Assembly (NCBI GenBank): GCA_963693365.1
Contig: CAVNZM010000018.1
Span: forward strand, 367,861 to 431,860
Reading direction: 5' to 3'
Length of the DNA stretch: 64,000 nt
From: Amoebidium appalachense
Lineage: Eukaryota; Protista; Ichthyosporea
In this document: piece by piece, positions 1-8,384 of the stretch
Layout of the letters: each line of letters opens with the position of its first letter
Numbering within the stretch: position 1 is the first letter of the stretch
Position numbers and translations under genes: made by a program
The notes under the pieces: generated by a model
Told to the model about the DNA's origin: nothing
Databases searched by the model: none
The model's input: the letters and a program-made list of their open reading frames with translations, nothing else

Positions 1-837
1 CAGCTGTGTCCGCATGGCACACGCAAAATCTACTGCCTGTTTTGTGGTGGATCGGGGGTGTGTTCGCATGGAAAACCAAAACCAAACTGCCGGCCTTGCG
101 GCGGCTCATCCTACTGCGTACACGGTAAGAAAAAGACGCTCTGCCGGTCTTGCGGTGGATCCGGCATTTGTCCCCACAACAAGGAGAGAAAACTTTGCAG
201 ATATTGTGACATTCGATTGTTTTGCACAGGCTGCAAGCTGACACTGGTGAAAAAAAGGGGTAAGTTATGTGCCACATGCAATCCACAGTCCACACGTCGA
301 ACCAAGTGGTCCGATGCCCGGCCAGAAATTAAGGTTCTGCGACACGTATCTAGTATCATAGGCCCACCGACCACGCACGACCAAGTGATACCAAACGAAT
401 GCAACGTTTGGAGTCGGCCAGACCTGTACTACGACTTTGGGACATTCGTAATGGTCATTGAGGTGGATGAGAATCAGCACCACCGATACGACTCCATGTG
501 CGAGGTTGCGCGGATGTTCAACCAGGCCTCTGCGCACGAAGTGCCGACCATGTTCATCCGGTTCAACCCGCACGGGTTCAAGATCGACGGCAAGACACGG
601 AGGACCGGCATGAAGCAGCGGCTCGATGCGCTGACCGGCGCCATCAAACATGTGCGGGACACGGATCATGCCACACTGTTCAGGGATGGGCGCATCCGCA
701 TGGGGTATCTGTTCTACGACTGGCACGAGGCAACAGCAGATCTGGGCGTGCAGTATAGCAGGCTGGTGTCAATCGAAGACACGGACAAGCTACTGGCCCC
801 GTTTCAAGTCAAGACGAGTCCGGTGGAGGAGGCTTAA
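1..837 (+). CDS. Cys/His Zn-binding repeat protein with C-terminal PD-(D/E)XK (Vsr/DUF559-like) endonuclease; 5'-partial
   Basis: Frame open from base 1 (QLCPHGTRKIYCLFCGGSG...). Repeated CxHxxxKxxCxxCGG units, then RPDLYYD...VIEVDENQH...FIRFNP nuclease motifs. AATAAA at ~872. Confidence 0.8.
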   Translation, partial: QLCPHGTRKIYCLFCGGSGVCSHGKPKPNCRPCGGSSYCVHGKKKTLCRSCGGSGICPHNKERKLCRYCDIRLFCTGCKLTLVKKRGKLCATCNPQSTRRTKWSDARPEIKVLRHVSSIIGPPTTHDQVIPNECNVWSRPDLYYDFGTFVMVIEVDENQHHRYDSMCEVARMFNQASAHEVPTMFIRFNPHGFKIDGKTRRTGMKQRLDALTGAIKHVRDTDHATLFRDGRIRMGYLFYDWHEATADLGVQYSRLVSIEDTDKLLAPFQVKTSPVEEA

Positions 838-1177
838 GCTGTAGGCCGACCGGGAGGGGCTCCTTTTATTCAATAAAAGCGGTCCTGCACAGGGCGAAAA
901 GGGTCAACCCCACGACACTGTTCTCTAGAAATTTCGGAGACATTGTAACGGTGTGCCACGGTGTTCTCTTGGCTTTCGGGAGACATGGTGGGTACCGGCG
1001 AGGCTATTCTCTATGAAATGACGGGCCAGTCGTTCACAGAAGCCGCCGCGTTCTCTCTGGTTTGTGAAGAAATCGTTGGACTGAGTAGCGGGTGGTGGGG
1101 GGGAGAACAGGGTGCACGCCCCTCCCCCCCCCCCCCCTCCTCCCGTAACACGAGCGCACATTTTTAAGGCTTCACGC

Positions 1178-2911
1178 ATGAACATACAGGGTGACAACCC
1201 CAACGCAGGCTCACAGGGGTTCAAGCGCCCCCGAGAGCCCGAGCGCGACCTACCCTCGCATGCGGATATTGCCGTCAGGAACGTGCATCTGATCTCCGAC
1301 ATGGGTGCCGTTGAAGGTGAAGAGGCCGCCGAGGGCGACAATGCCAACAACCCCTTCGACCTGGTCGCCAACTACGGCGTGACGCTTCTTAGACCTCACA
1401 CGCTGCTTGCCAGCCCTTATGCCACACGGTACCTGTCCGAAATCCTGGCCTATTCCCTGGTTCTTGTTCCGGGCGAGCTGGGGCGGCGCGAGTTCGACTG
1501 CGGCGACAAGGAGGCGTCCTTGACCGGGCCCATGTACAAGAACAATCCCTTCTGGCGATCCCATGGCACCACCGTCCCCCTCGACCCGCCGGGCGGCCAG
1601 CTGTATGACCAGATCGCCCGTATGGTCTCCAACAGCTCGCGCAACCCGTCCCTTCGGCCTCCGGTTACACGCCCGGGGGAGCCCGCCTACACCGGCATCA
1701 CCCTTGCCATCGCGGCGACCGGGTCCGACGCAAACACCCTCTGCGAAACGGTGGCCATCCAGGCCGCGCGGGTGCGCAACTCCCACTGGGACTGGATGGC
1801 GTGCCCGTGTGACGCATTCGCATGCAACTGCAACGACGCCGCCGTCCTTCTGTACGACACCTACGGCGCCGGCCGGGGCACCTTTGCCGGTGCGTCGCGG
1901 TACGGGTTTTCGCAGAACTGCAACTGGAGGAGGGCCCACGTCGTGCATCGCAAGGCGAACGAGTCGGCCGTGGACGCGCTCGCACGTGCCCAGGATGAGC
2001 TTGCGGAGCAGGGTATCCCTGTCGGGGCCGTGTTCGTCGAGTTCCTGAACGGCCACCACGTGGTCATGATGTCCAAGGACGACGCCTGCGCCATCCGGCA
2101 GTGGTGCAGCGACCAGAGGGTGTATCTCATCGCAGACGAGATTCTGAGCGCGTTTCGCTGCGGCGCGCTCTTCTCGTTCCAGTTGTACGACGGCGCCGTA
2201 GTGCCGGACCTGGTCACGCTGGGCAAGGGTTTGCAGTTGGGCCTCGTCGTCAAGATCGTCGACCCCGACACCCGACTGAGCGAGGTGGAGACACTGTTGC
2301 GAAACACAAGCCCAGGGTACAACCTGCACATCCCGCAGGTTCCTAGCATGGAGCTCTGCAACACCGGGATATTGACCGCGCTCCATGTCCTGCGCGTCAT
2401 CGAGGTAGGCGACCTCATCCACGGAGCCGCGGAAAGGTGTCGTGAGCTCTGCTACGGCCTCAACCGATACCACAGCGTCGTCACCATACGCGTGGGTGCC
2501 ATGGCATGCCTCTACACCCCCGACTTTCTTCCAGACGACTTCCCCCCAACGACCCCGGGCTCCACGGACCCGTTCTCGCGCCTGCTCGATTTCCTGCTGG
2601 GACCCGACGACCACGTCGGGAAACACAGGGGCTATGCGCGCCAGCAGTACCGCGCCGACGACCACTCCCAAGTCCCTCCCGGCATGGCAGGGTTTCACTT
2701 CACCTGCACCGACTGGGAGCGCGACAACCGCGTGCTCTACAGCAGCACCCAGTCCAACAGGATCTGCCCGCCCCTCGACCTCACCACCGCCGAGGTGCAT
2801 GCGATCGTGAACTGTGGCCGACTGCGCCTGTTCCCCCACAATCCGACCACATACGGGCCCATCGAGTCGGTGAACGCGCAGGTGGACATGGGCCTGGTTG
2901 TCCCGGTCTGA
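1178..2911 (+). CDS. Divergent class-III PLP-dependent aminotransferase-like protein
   Basis: TGSDAN, AVFVEF, YLIADEILSAFRCG and PDLVTLGKGL match the class-III signature with the PLP lysine retained. First ATG at 1178. Confidence 0.75.
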   Translation: MNIQGDNPNAGSQGFKRPREPERDLPSHADIAVRNVHLISDMGAVEGEEAAEGDNANNPFDLVANYGVTLLRPHTLLASPYATRYLSEILAYSLVLVPGELGRREFDCGDKEASLTGPMYKNNPFWRSHGTTVPLDPPGGQLYDQIARMVSNSSRNPSLRPPVTRPGEPAYTGITLAIAATGSDANTLCETVAIQAARVRNSHWDWMACPCDAFACNCNDAAVLLYDTYGAGRGTFAGASRYGFSQNCNWRRAHVVHRKANESAVDALARAQDELAEQGIPVGAVFVEFLNGHHVVMMSKDDACAIRQWCSDQRVYLIADEILSAFRCGALFSFQLYDGAVVPDLVTLGKGLQLGLVVKIVDPDTRLSEVETLLRNTSPGYNLHIPQVPSMELCNTGILTALHVLRVIEVGDLIHGAAERCRELCYGLNRYHSVVTIRVGAMACLYTPDFLPDDFPPTTPGSTDPFSRLLDFLLGPDDHVGKHRGYARQQYRADDHSQVPPGMAGFHFTCTDWERDNRVLYSSTQSNRICPPLDLTTAEVHAIVNCGRLRLFPHNPTTYGPIESVNAQVDMGLVVPV

Positions 2912-2960
2912 AACAGATGCGCAGTCAGCCAGTCAGCCCAAGCACTCCCGATTCTGCGGT

Positions 2961-3095
2961 GGGGCCTGGGGGGCTGGGTGGCTGAGGGTGGCTGGGGGTG
3001 GCTGTGGGGGGCTCCTGTGTCCCCCCAACGCACGTGCCTCGCCCGCCTCCTGGTCCTTCCGTGCCCCACTTGCCACTCCCAGCCCCCCAAGCCCC
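2961..3095. terminator. GC-rich stem-loop between convergent genes
   Basis: GGGGCCTGGGGGGCTGGG-TGGC (2961) pairs with GCCACTCCCAGCCCCCCAAGCCCC (3072-3095). Related sequence at 3975-4065. Confidence 0.4.
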
Positions 3096-3232
3096 GGGCA
3101 GTGTCTATGCAAGTTGTTTGAGACATATTGCAAGACCTGCTTGCTCACTGGCGCCAGGTTTATTGGGTGATGGTCCAATGCACCTTTGCCCCAATGGTGG
3201 GGTGGTGGGGTGGTGGGGGCCTGGGGGCGCTC

Positions 3233-3919
3233 CTAATCCTGAAAGATCCTTGAAGCCCACAGGTAGTAGCAGTCTGACTTGCCACTGGCACCTGTTGGTG
3301 GGTGCAGTGGCCATTTGCAAACTCTAGGTTCGAGCGTGCATTTTGTGTGTCCAAGAATTTTTGTAATGGCCATCCCGAATGCCCGAGTGCTTGGCATAGG
3401 AGTTTGGGCAGCGTTGACGTTGTGCCATTCCTGAAAAAGCTGATACAGCCCGGTTGATGTCACGGCACAACCGTTGTGGATGAATGTGAAATTTTCACAC
3501 CCGTTTCTGTGTGACAACAGATCCCTTAGGAATTGCATCTCATTGTTAGCTGATGTGCAGACTGCCACTGGCTTTTCGGCCTCCACATCCAGCGCTGGAA
3601 GTGGGCTCCAAATGAGCTGCAAGGTGTCTGGTTCGATCGTGGCTCTGATGCCCAGGAGCGTCATCGTTTCGATCGCCACTTTCAAGCAATCTAGGGACGC
3701 AATATCGAACAGATGTACCCGAGGTCGATGGTTCGGACAGTAGGCTTGATAGCACAGGACCTGCCCAACGGCGGATTTCCATTTAGAAGCGCGCTTGACT
3801 TCGATGACTTCCGTGGCCGTCAGCAGGTCGATCCGTCCTGCGGGCGTGCGTACCTCAATGGTTCCACCTTCGAGCTTGGCCAGCCTATCCCTGACATATG
3901 ACTCGTCGTAGGTAGCCAT
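3233..3919 (-). CDS. PD-(D/E)XK nuclease-like domain fused to a helicase-type C-terminal (probable winged-helix) domain, paralog 1
   Basis: EVRTPAGRIDLLTATEVIEVK...WKSAVGQVLCY. C-terminus (QFLRDL...GLYQLFQEW...FGMAITKILG) aligns with the C-terminus of the helicase at 5206-6708. Confidence 0.8.
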   Translation of the reverse strand: MATYDESYVRDRLAKLEGGTIEVRTPAGRIDLLTATEVIEVKRASKWKSAVGQVLCYQAYCPNHRPRVHLFDIASLDCLKVAIETMTLLGIRATIEPDTLQLIWSPLPALDVEAEKPVAVCTSANNEMQFLRDLLSHRNGCENFTFIHNGCAVTSTGLYQLFQEWHNVNAAQTPMPSTRAFGMAITKILGHTKCTLEPRVCKWPLHPPTGASGKSDCYYLWASRIFQD

Positions 3920-4087
3920 CACTTACAACACAAGAAAATAAAAATCACCCGCAGTCGATTGTTGGTTGCCAGTGGGTGGCTGGGGGTGGCTGGGAGGGGC
4001 CTGTGTGCACCGGTGCCCCGTCAGCCACGCGTGCCTCCTGTGCCTGGCCGGCCACCCCAGCCCCACGCGCGGTGTTAACAGGATCAC

Positions 4088-4792
4088 CTAGGCGTGATTA
4101 ATCTTCTCGTAATCGAACACAAAAGCATATGATGTTCCGGCCGGGGCAAGTGCAGTCATCCCAGGGGGGACAGTCAGGTGGTTGTTTCGCACCCCCCTGT
4201 TGGCTCCGAAAACCTTGGTGAGCATGGAGCCCACGCTCTTCACATTGATATATGGCAAACTCTTAGACTTGCCATTGAGAGCAAGCCACTCTTTGAACAG
4301 ATGTAGCATAGCCGTGGCTGTGATACGGGCTCCATCGTGTAGTTGCTGTATAGACATACCCTCTTTACCATTCGCCATGTCTTTGAGAAACTCGAAGAAA
4401 AGTCTATACTCTGACTCCGGGGAATCCGGCTGTTGTTCAGAATCAGTTTGGCTGTTTGAGCGTGCTGGGCGGGGCATCCACATCAACTGCACCGTATCGA
4501 GTTCCACTGTCAAGGTGACGCCTAATCGAGCCATTGTTTCCGCCGCAACCCTGTATACATCAGCTGATGCATACCCAAATAAATGAACCCGGGGTTGGTG
4601 GTCAGGGAAATACCCATGGTAGGCAAGGACCTGTCCCATGGCCCCCTTCCACTCATGCGCCCGCTTTACCTCAATGACCTCCGTGTCAGTCAGGAGGTCG
4701 ATACGTCCTGCTGGTGTATGTACTTCCTTCTTTCCACCCTCCAGGGTCATAAGTCGGTCTCTGACCCATGATTCGTCACCAACACCCATCAT
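4088..4792 (-). CDS. PD-(D/E)XK nuclease-like domain + helicase-type C-terminal domain, paralog 2
   Basis: EVHTPAGRIDLLTDTEVIEVKRAHEWKGAMGQVLAY. C-terminus EFLKDM...DGARITATAMLHLFKEW...VGSMLTKVFG. Confidence 0.8.
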   Translation of the reverse strand: MMGVGDESWVRDRLMTLEGGKKEVHTPAGRIDLLTDTEVIEVKRAHEWKGAMGQVLAYHGYFPDHQPRVHLFGYASADVYRVAAETMARLGVTLTVELDTVQLMWMPRPARSNSQTDSEQQPDSPESEYRLFFEFLKDMANGKEGMSIQQLHDGARITATAMLHLFKEWLALNGKSKSLPYINVKSVGSMLTKVFGANRGVRNNHLTVPPGMTALAPAGTSYAFVFDYEKINHA

Positions 4793-4960
4793 ACATGGCA
4801 CAGAAAAAAATAGCCTTGATGATACCACCAGTGAGGGTGTTTTTCACCAATGCAAGACCTGCTTGCTGGAACCGTGATATTTATTGGGTGCCGATGTTCC
4901 ATTTTACAGAGTGATACCAGAACTCCCCACGCTGATAATATGCTAACCCCACCCTCGGAG

Positions 4961-5210
4961 GTGTAACGTTGTAGGGGGTGTAACCAAAGGATTTCAACTC
5001 CACCCCCAAAGTGTGGTCCCCCATAGCAACAGCCAATCAGATCGCCCCATCCCACCCCATTCCGCCTGATTTATTTCAGTAGTTACTCTAGTTACAAATA
5101 GGAAGTAGTAGTTACAGAGAATACAAGGAGGTCAAACGGCACAAACGGTGCGTTTTGATTGGTTCCCGGATCTAGTTACAATTTTGTTACGCGTTACACG
5201 TTTCGTTACA
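4961..5210. promoter_or_regulatory. GTTAC/GTAAC iteron-like cluster (candidate replication origin)
   Basis: GTAAC at 4963 and 4980; GTTAC at 5082, 5091, 5111, 5175, 5186, 5193, 5205. Immediately downstream of, and overlapping, the helicase stop codon. Confidence 0.5.
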
Positions 5211-6708
5211 GACCCACCACCCTACGAGCAAGTGTGTAGCAACCGACAATGCCCGATCCTGCGTTCAAATCTTGGCCTGGGGCGCCGTAAGCTATGGATG
5301 CAGCACGCGTACTCGTGAGCTTTCCGAGGATGGCCGTAACCGCCATCCCAAAGTCGCGCTGGGTGGGCCTCTTGGACTTGTCGGGGGTATTCTGTTCCCA
5401 CCAGGTCTGGTAGAGATAGAAAAGGCCACTTGGGGTGATTCTGGCACCGTCCTCGAACACAGGCGCACCCTCAAATACGTTCTCCCGTTTCATCAGGTCA
5501 CGCAGGAACTGCAGCTCCATCGGTCCGCTCAGGTCCTGTAGCTGCCGCTTCAAAGTGGTCATGGGAGGCGGGACCCTGTTGGGGTCGGACACGGGGATCC
5601 TCATGAACCACTGGTAGAGATGCTCAAGCGCAGGGGATCCAGCTGCATACTGCTGGGACAGGGCCCTGAAATACCTCTCATCGCCAACACGGCTGTCGGA
5701 CACCTCCATGCACGCATAGCGCCTGTCCGTGCGACTGACCGGGATGGGATGCTGTTCGTTGGACATCAGGATCCAGCGCTCGCATGACCTGACCTTGACT
5801 GCATCAATTCCCTTGGCCTCGTAGGTCATGGTGTCGTCGGTAATAAGCGTCTTCAGGTGGTTGGGTGTACGATGACTCTTCCCGTATGTAACCTCATTGC
5901 ACACAACCAACAGCTTGAACGTGATACCGCCATTGAAGCGGCTTGCCAGCCTGTCCTCGGTCTCAACCACACCAACAAGATCGTCACCCAGGACATTCTG
6001 AATGATCCGGACAAACATGTTCTTGCCAGTTCCTTCGATGCTCCTCATCAGCCAGGCAGACTCGGGCTTGCGTGCGGGGTACTGGAACAGGTGCCCCAGC
6101 CACTCCAGCACGTAACGGTACAGAGACTCGTCTCCTGCACAGATGACCTCCCTTGCATGGCAAATAAAGCCCGCAAGAAGGCTCTCGTCTATGACAAAAG
6201 ATGGGTCATACAGGAACTGGAATCCCTGGAAGCTGTTGAATGTGCGGCTGTGGGTAGACGTGTAGCGGGGGTTGCGGACACGGGTCTTGGGGTCCGGGTC
6301 ACTGGGGTCGAAGACGATGCCACCGTGGTACACGACCATGTGGCTACTGTCCAGAAGCCAGGAGCCCTTGTATGTTTCCACCTTTTTGCCTGTCGGGTTG
6401 TATTTGAACTTGTACTTGGACAGCATGTCGGCCACCTTCTCCTTGGACTTGATCTCATGGACGAATCTCCCATCCTTGAAACGCTTGAAGAGGTACACAC
6501 CATCCGGGCGGGAATAAGCCACCAGTGTGCGACAGAACGCGTGGATCTGCTCCTCTGTCCATTGGTATTGCTCAACGATGTCCGCGTCCAACCAGTTGTT
6601 GCGCGTGCCTGTTGTCCGCTCAAACTCTTCGTAGGTCGCCAGTTTGCGCTGCTCGTTCTCTGACATGTCCGTAGCTATCTTCATGTAGAGGTCTTCCATG
6701 ATGTCCAT
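5206..6708 (-). CDS. Superfamily-3 (D5/DUF5906-like) helicase without an obvious primase domain
   Basis: FNSFQGF pre-helicase motif, WLGHLFQYP, Walker A (EGTGKN), Walker B (LVVCNE), motif C (WILMSN), arginine finger (DRRY), C-terminal wHTH-like region. Confidence 0.88.
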   Translation of the reverse strand: MDIMEDLYMKIATDMSENEQRKLATYEEFERTTGTRNNWLDADIVEQYQWTEEQIHAFCRTLVAYSRPDGVYLFKRFKDGRFVHEIKSKEKVADMLSKYKFKYNPTGKKVETYKGSWLLDSSHMVVYHGGIVFDPSDPDPKTRVRNPRYTSTHSRTFNSFQGFQFLYDPSFVIDESLLAGFICHAREVICAGDESLYRYVLEWLGHLFQYPARKPESAWLMRSIEGTGKNMFVRIIQNVLGDDLVGVVETEDRLASRFNGGITFKLLVVCNEVTYGKSHRTPNHLKTLITDDTMTYEAKGIDAVKVRSCERWILMSNEQHPIPVSRTDRRYACMEVSDSRVGDERYFRALSQQYAAGSPALEHLYQWFMRIPVSDPNRVPPPMTTLKRQLQDLSGPMELQFLRDLMKRENVFEGAPVFEDGARITPSGLFYLYQTWWEQNTPDKSKRPTQRDFGMAVTAILGKLTSTRAASIAYGAPGQDLNAGSGIVGCYTLARRVVGL

Positions 6709-6759
6709 TGTAGTATGGTTAGATAATATCTGACAGGTGCCGGGTCGTGCTCGCCGTAT

Positions 6760-7199
6760 TTATACCAGGTCGGGTGCATTCGTCACCAGCTCGGGATGTG
6801 CTGCCCTCACATGGCAATTCAGAGCATGAGACCGACTGAATCTGCACTCGCATCCCACAGACGGGCACCTAAGGGTATCCCGCACCGGCCGCGTGCGCGC
6901 CTTGTCCTCCTTGTGGACTAGGCGCCGGTGCCACCATAACGCGGCGGGGTACGGGAAGTCGGCAGGGCACGTGTCGCAGACATATGGCCGCTCGCCGGTA
7001 TGCATTCGCACGTGCAGCTTCATGTAGTCGCCGCGGGTAAAGGATGCAAAGCAGCCATCATGGGGGCATGTGTACGGACGGGTCTCCGAGTGCGTTGTGG
7101 CACGGTGTCTTTTCATGTTGGCGTTGGTGGTGAACGTTTGGGCGCATTCGGGGCACGGAAAGACTCTCTTGGGCGGGGGTCTGCATGGTTGGTCAATTG
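6760..7199 (-). CDS. C2H2 zinc-finger protein (4 fingers); 5' end uncertain, possibly spliced
   Basis: The frame upstream of the track start encodes another finger (FPCPECAQTFTTNANMKRHRATTH). Canonical HTGERPY linker. Pyrimidine tract + TAG at ~7200-7220 on the minus strand suggests a splice acceptor. Confidence 0.75.
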
Positions 7200-7257
7200 C
7201 TAAGGAGTGGGGAGAAAATGAGTGCGGGTGTCACTTAAGTACCCCCCCCCCCCACCC

Positions 7258-7575
7258 CTACCACCTGTACACCAGCACGCCAGCGAGCAGCACGAGCAGC
7301 ACCATGCATGCAAGCGCTATGCCCCTCCACATCGAAGCCCTCTTGAGCTGTGCATCATGGTCGTCCAATGAAGTGCCCATGTAGAGCATGAAGCGCGTGC
7401 TGTTGTCGATGGTCAGGTGGTACTCGTGCGGGTCGGCGGCAATGTCATCCCTGCGCAACCACGAGTTACTCGGGTTGTCAAATCTCAGGTTTGCAATGTT
7501 CGGAGAAGTCATACCTTCCGAAGAGATACTTTGGAGCGCCCCCTCCCCAGCAACTCGGGGAGCACACACAGACAT
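7258..7575 (-). CDS. Small tail-anchored membrane protein, hypothetical
   Basis: 105-aa ORF ending in a hydrophobic helix IALACMVLLVLLAGVLVY; a partial copy of this tail lies at 7831-7880. Confidence 0.45.
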   Translation of the reverse strand: MSVCAPRVAGEGALQSISSEGMTSPNIANLRFDNPSNSWLRRDDIAADPHEYHLTIDNSTRFMLYMGTSLDDHDAQLKRASMWRGIALACMVLLVLLAGVLVYRW

Positions 7576-7646
7576 TATGCATCGCAGTGCTAATGGAACC
7601 TAAAAACCGCTGGGACGTAGGGCGCGCCAAGACGGAGGACGCACTG

Positions 7647-7780
7647 CTACAATGATCTTTGGTAACCTTGTTTTTCTTGGTCATATATATGGTCAATTTG
7701 ATAGCTGTTCGATCTTGTGTCCAGAGCGGTGGTTGTAAAAGGCAACAACAACAACCCACTGCAAGTGTCACAAAGGGCAC
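7647..7780 (+). mobile_element. Orphan left end of the IS607-Fanzor element
   Basis: 134-bp near-identical copy of 12905-13038 (2 visible substitutions), preceded by the same CTG. Confidence 0.8.
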
Positions 7781-7979
7781 GCTGTCGGTGCATTAACACA
7801 AACAACAAGACCCCACCCCCCCCCCCTGAGCGCCAGCACGCGGCAAGCAGCACGAGCAGCACCATGCATGCAAGCGCTACGGTCCACAACACAGGTGTGG
7901 AAGAGGAAGTGGCAATTTTTATTTACTGGTCGTGTCCAGCACGGCTGCGCTTCTCAGGGCTGACAGCTATCGCGTTTTG

Positions 7980-8232
7980 ATTGGTGTAATCATGACTAAG
8001 ATCAAAATTGGCTGTCAGATCGGATATGCAAATCTACCAATCAAATTAATTATCGCGGCTCACTTCAATGCTGTGAGAATTTTGCGAACCAATCACATTA
8101 GCTCAACCTAGATCACCATCCCTGCCAACCAATCAGCGCGCGAATTGAACTCCAATCAAATGGCGCTGTGGACATGCCATACCAGTACTTTCTGAAAACC
8201 GATCCTACATAAGAGACCAACACGAGGCCAAT
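7980..8232. promoter_or_regulatory. CCAAT-box cluster, probable bidirectional promoter
   Basis: ATTGG at 7980 and 8007; CCAAT at 8037, 8089, 8129, 8152, 8228, mostly CCAATC. Lies between divergent genes. Confidence 0.55.
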
Positions 8233-8384
8233 CCTGTCACTTTCACGCTTTCACACATTCTCCCTCACAACAACTCCCAGCCAAACGATTGTTGCCAGAC
8301 ATCTCACCACGTCCCTCTTTCTCGCCTTTCTTAGCGGATCGTTTCACTAGACAAATCACCACACGCTGGCATTCACGCACAAGC

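Noticed and set aside
1250-2839. 529-aa antisense ORF
   Set aside because: Shadow of the GC3-rich aminotransferase gene; no motifs.
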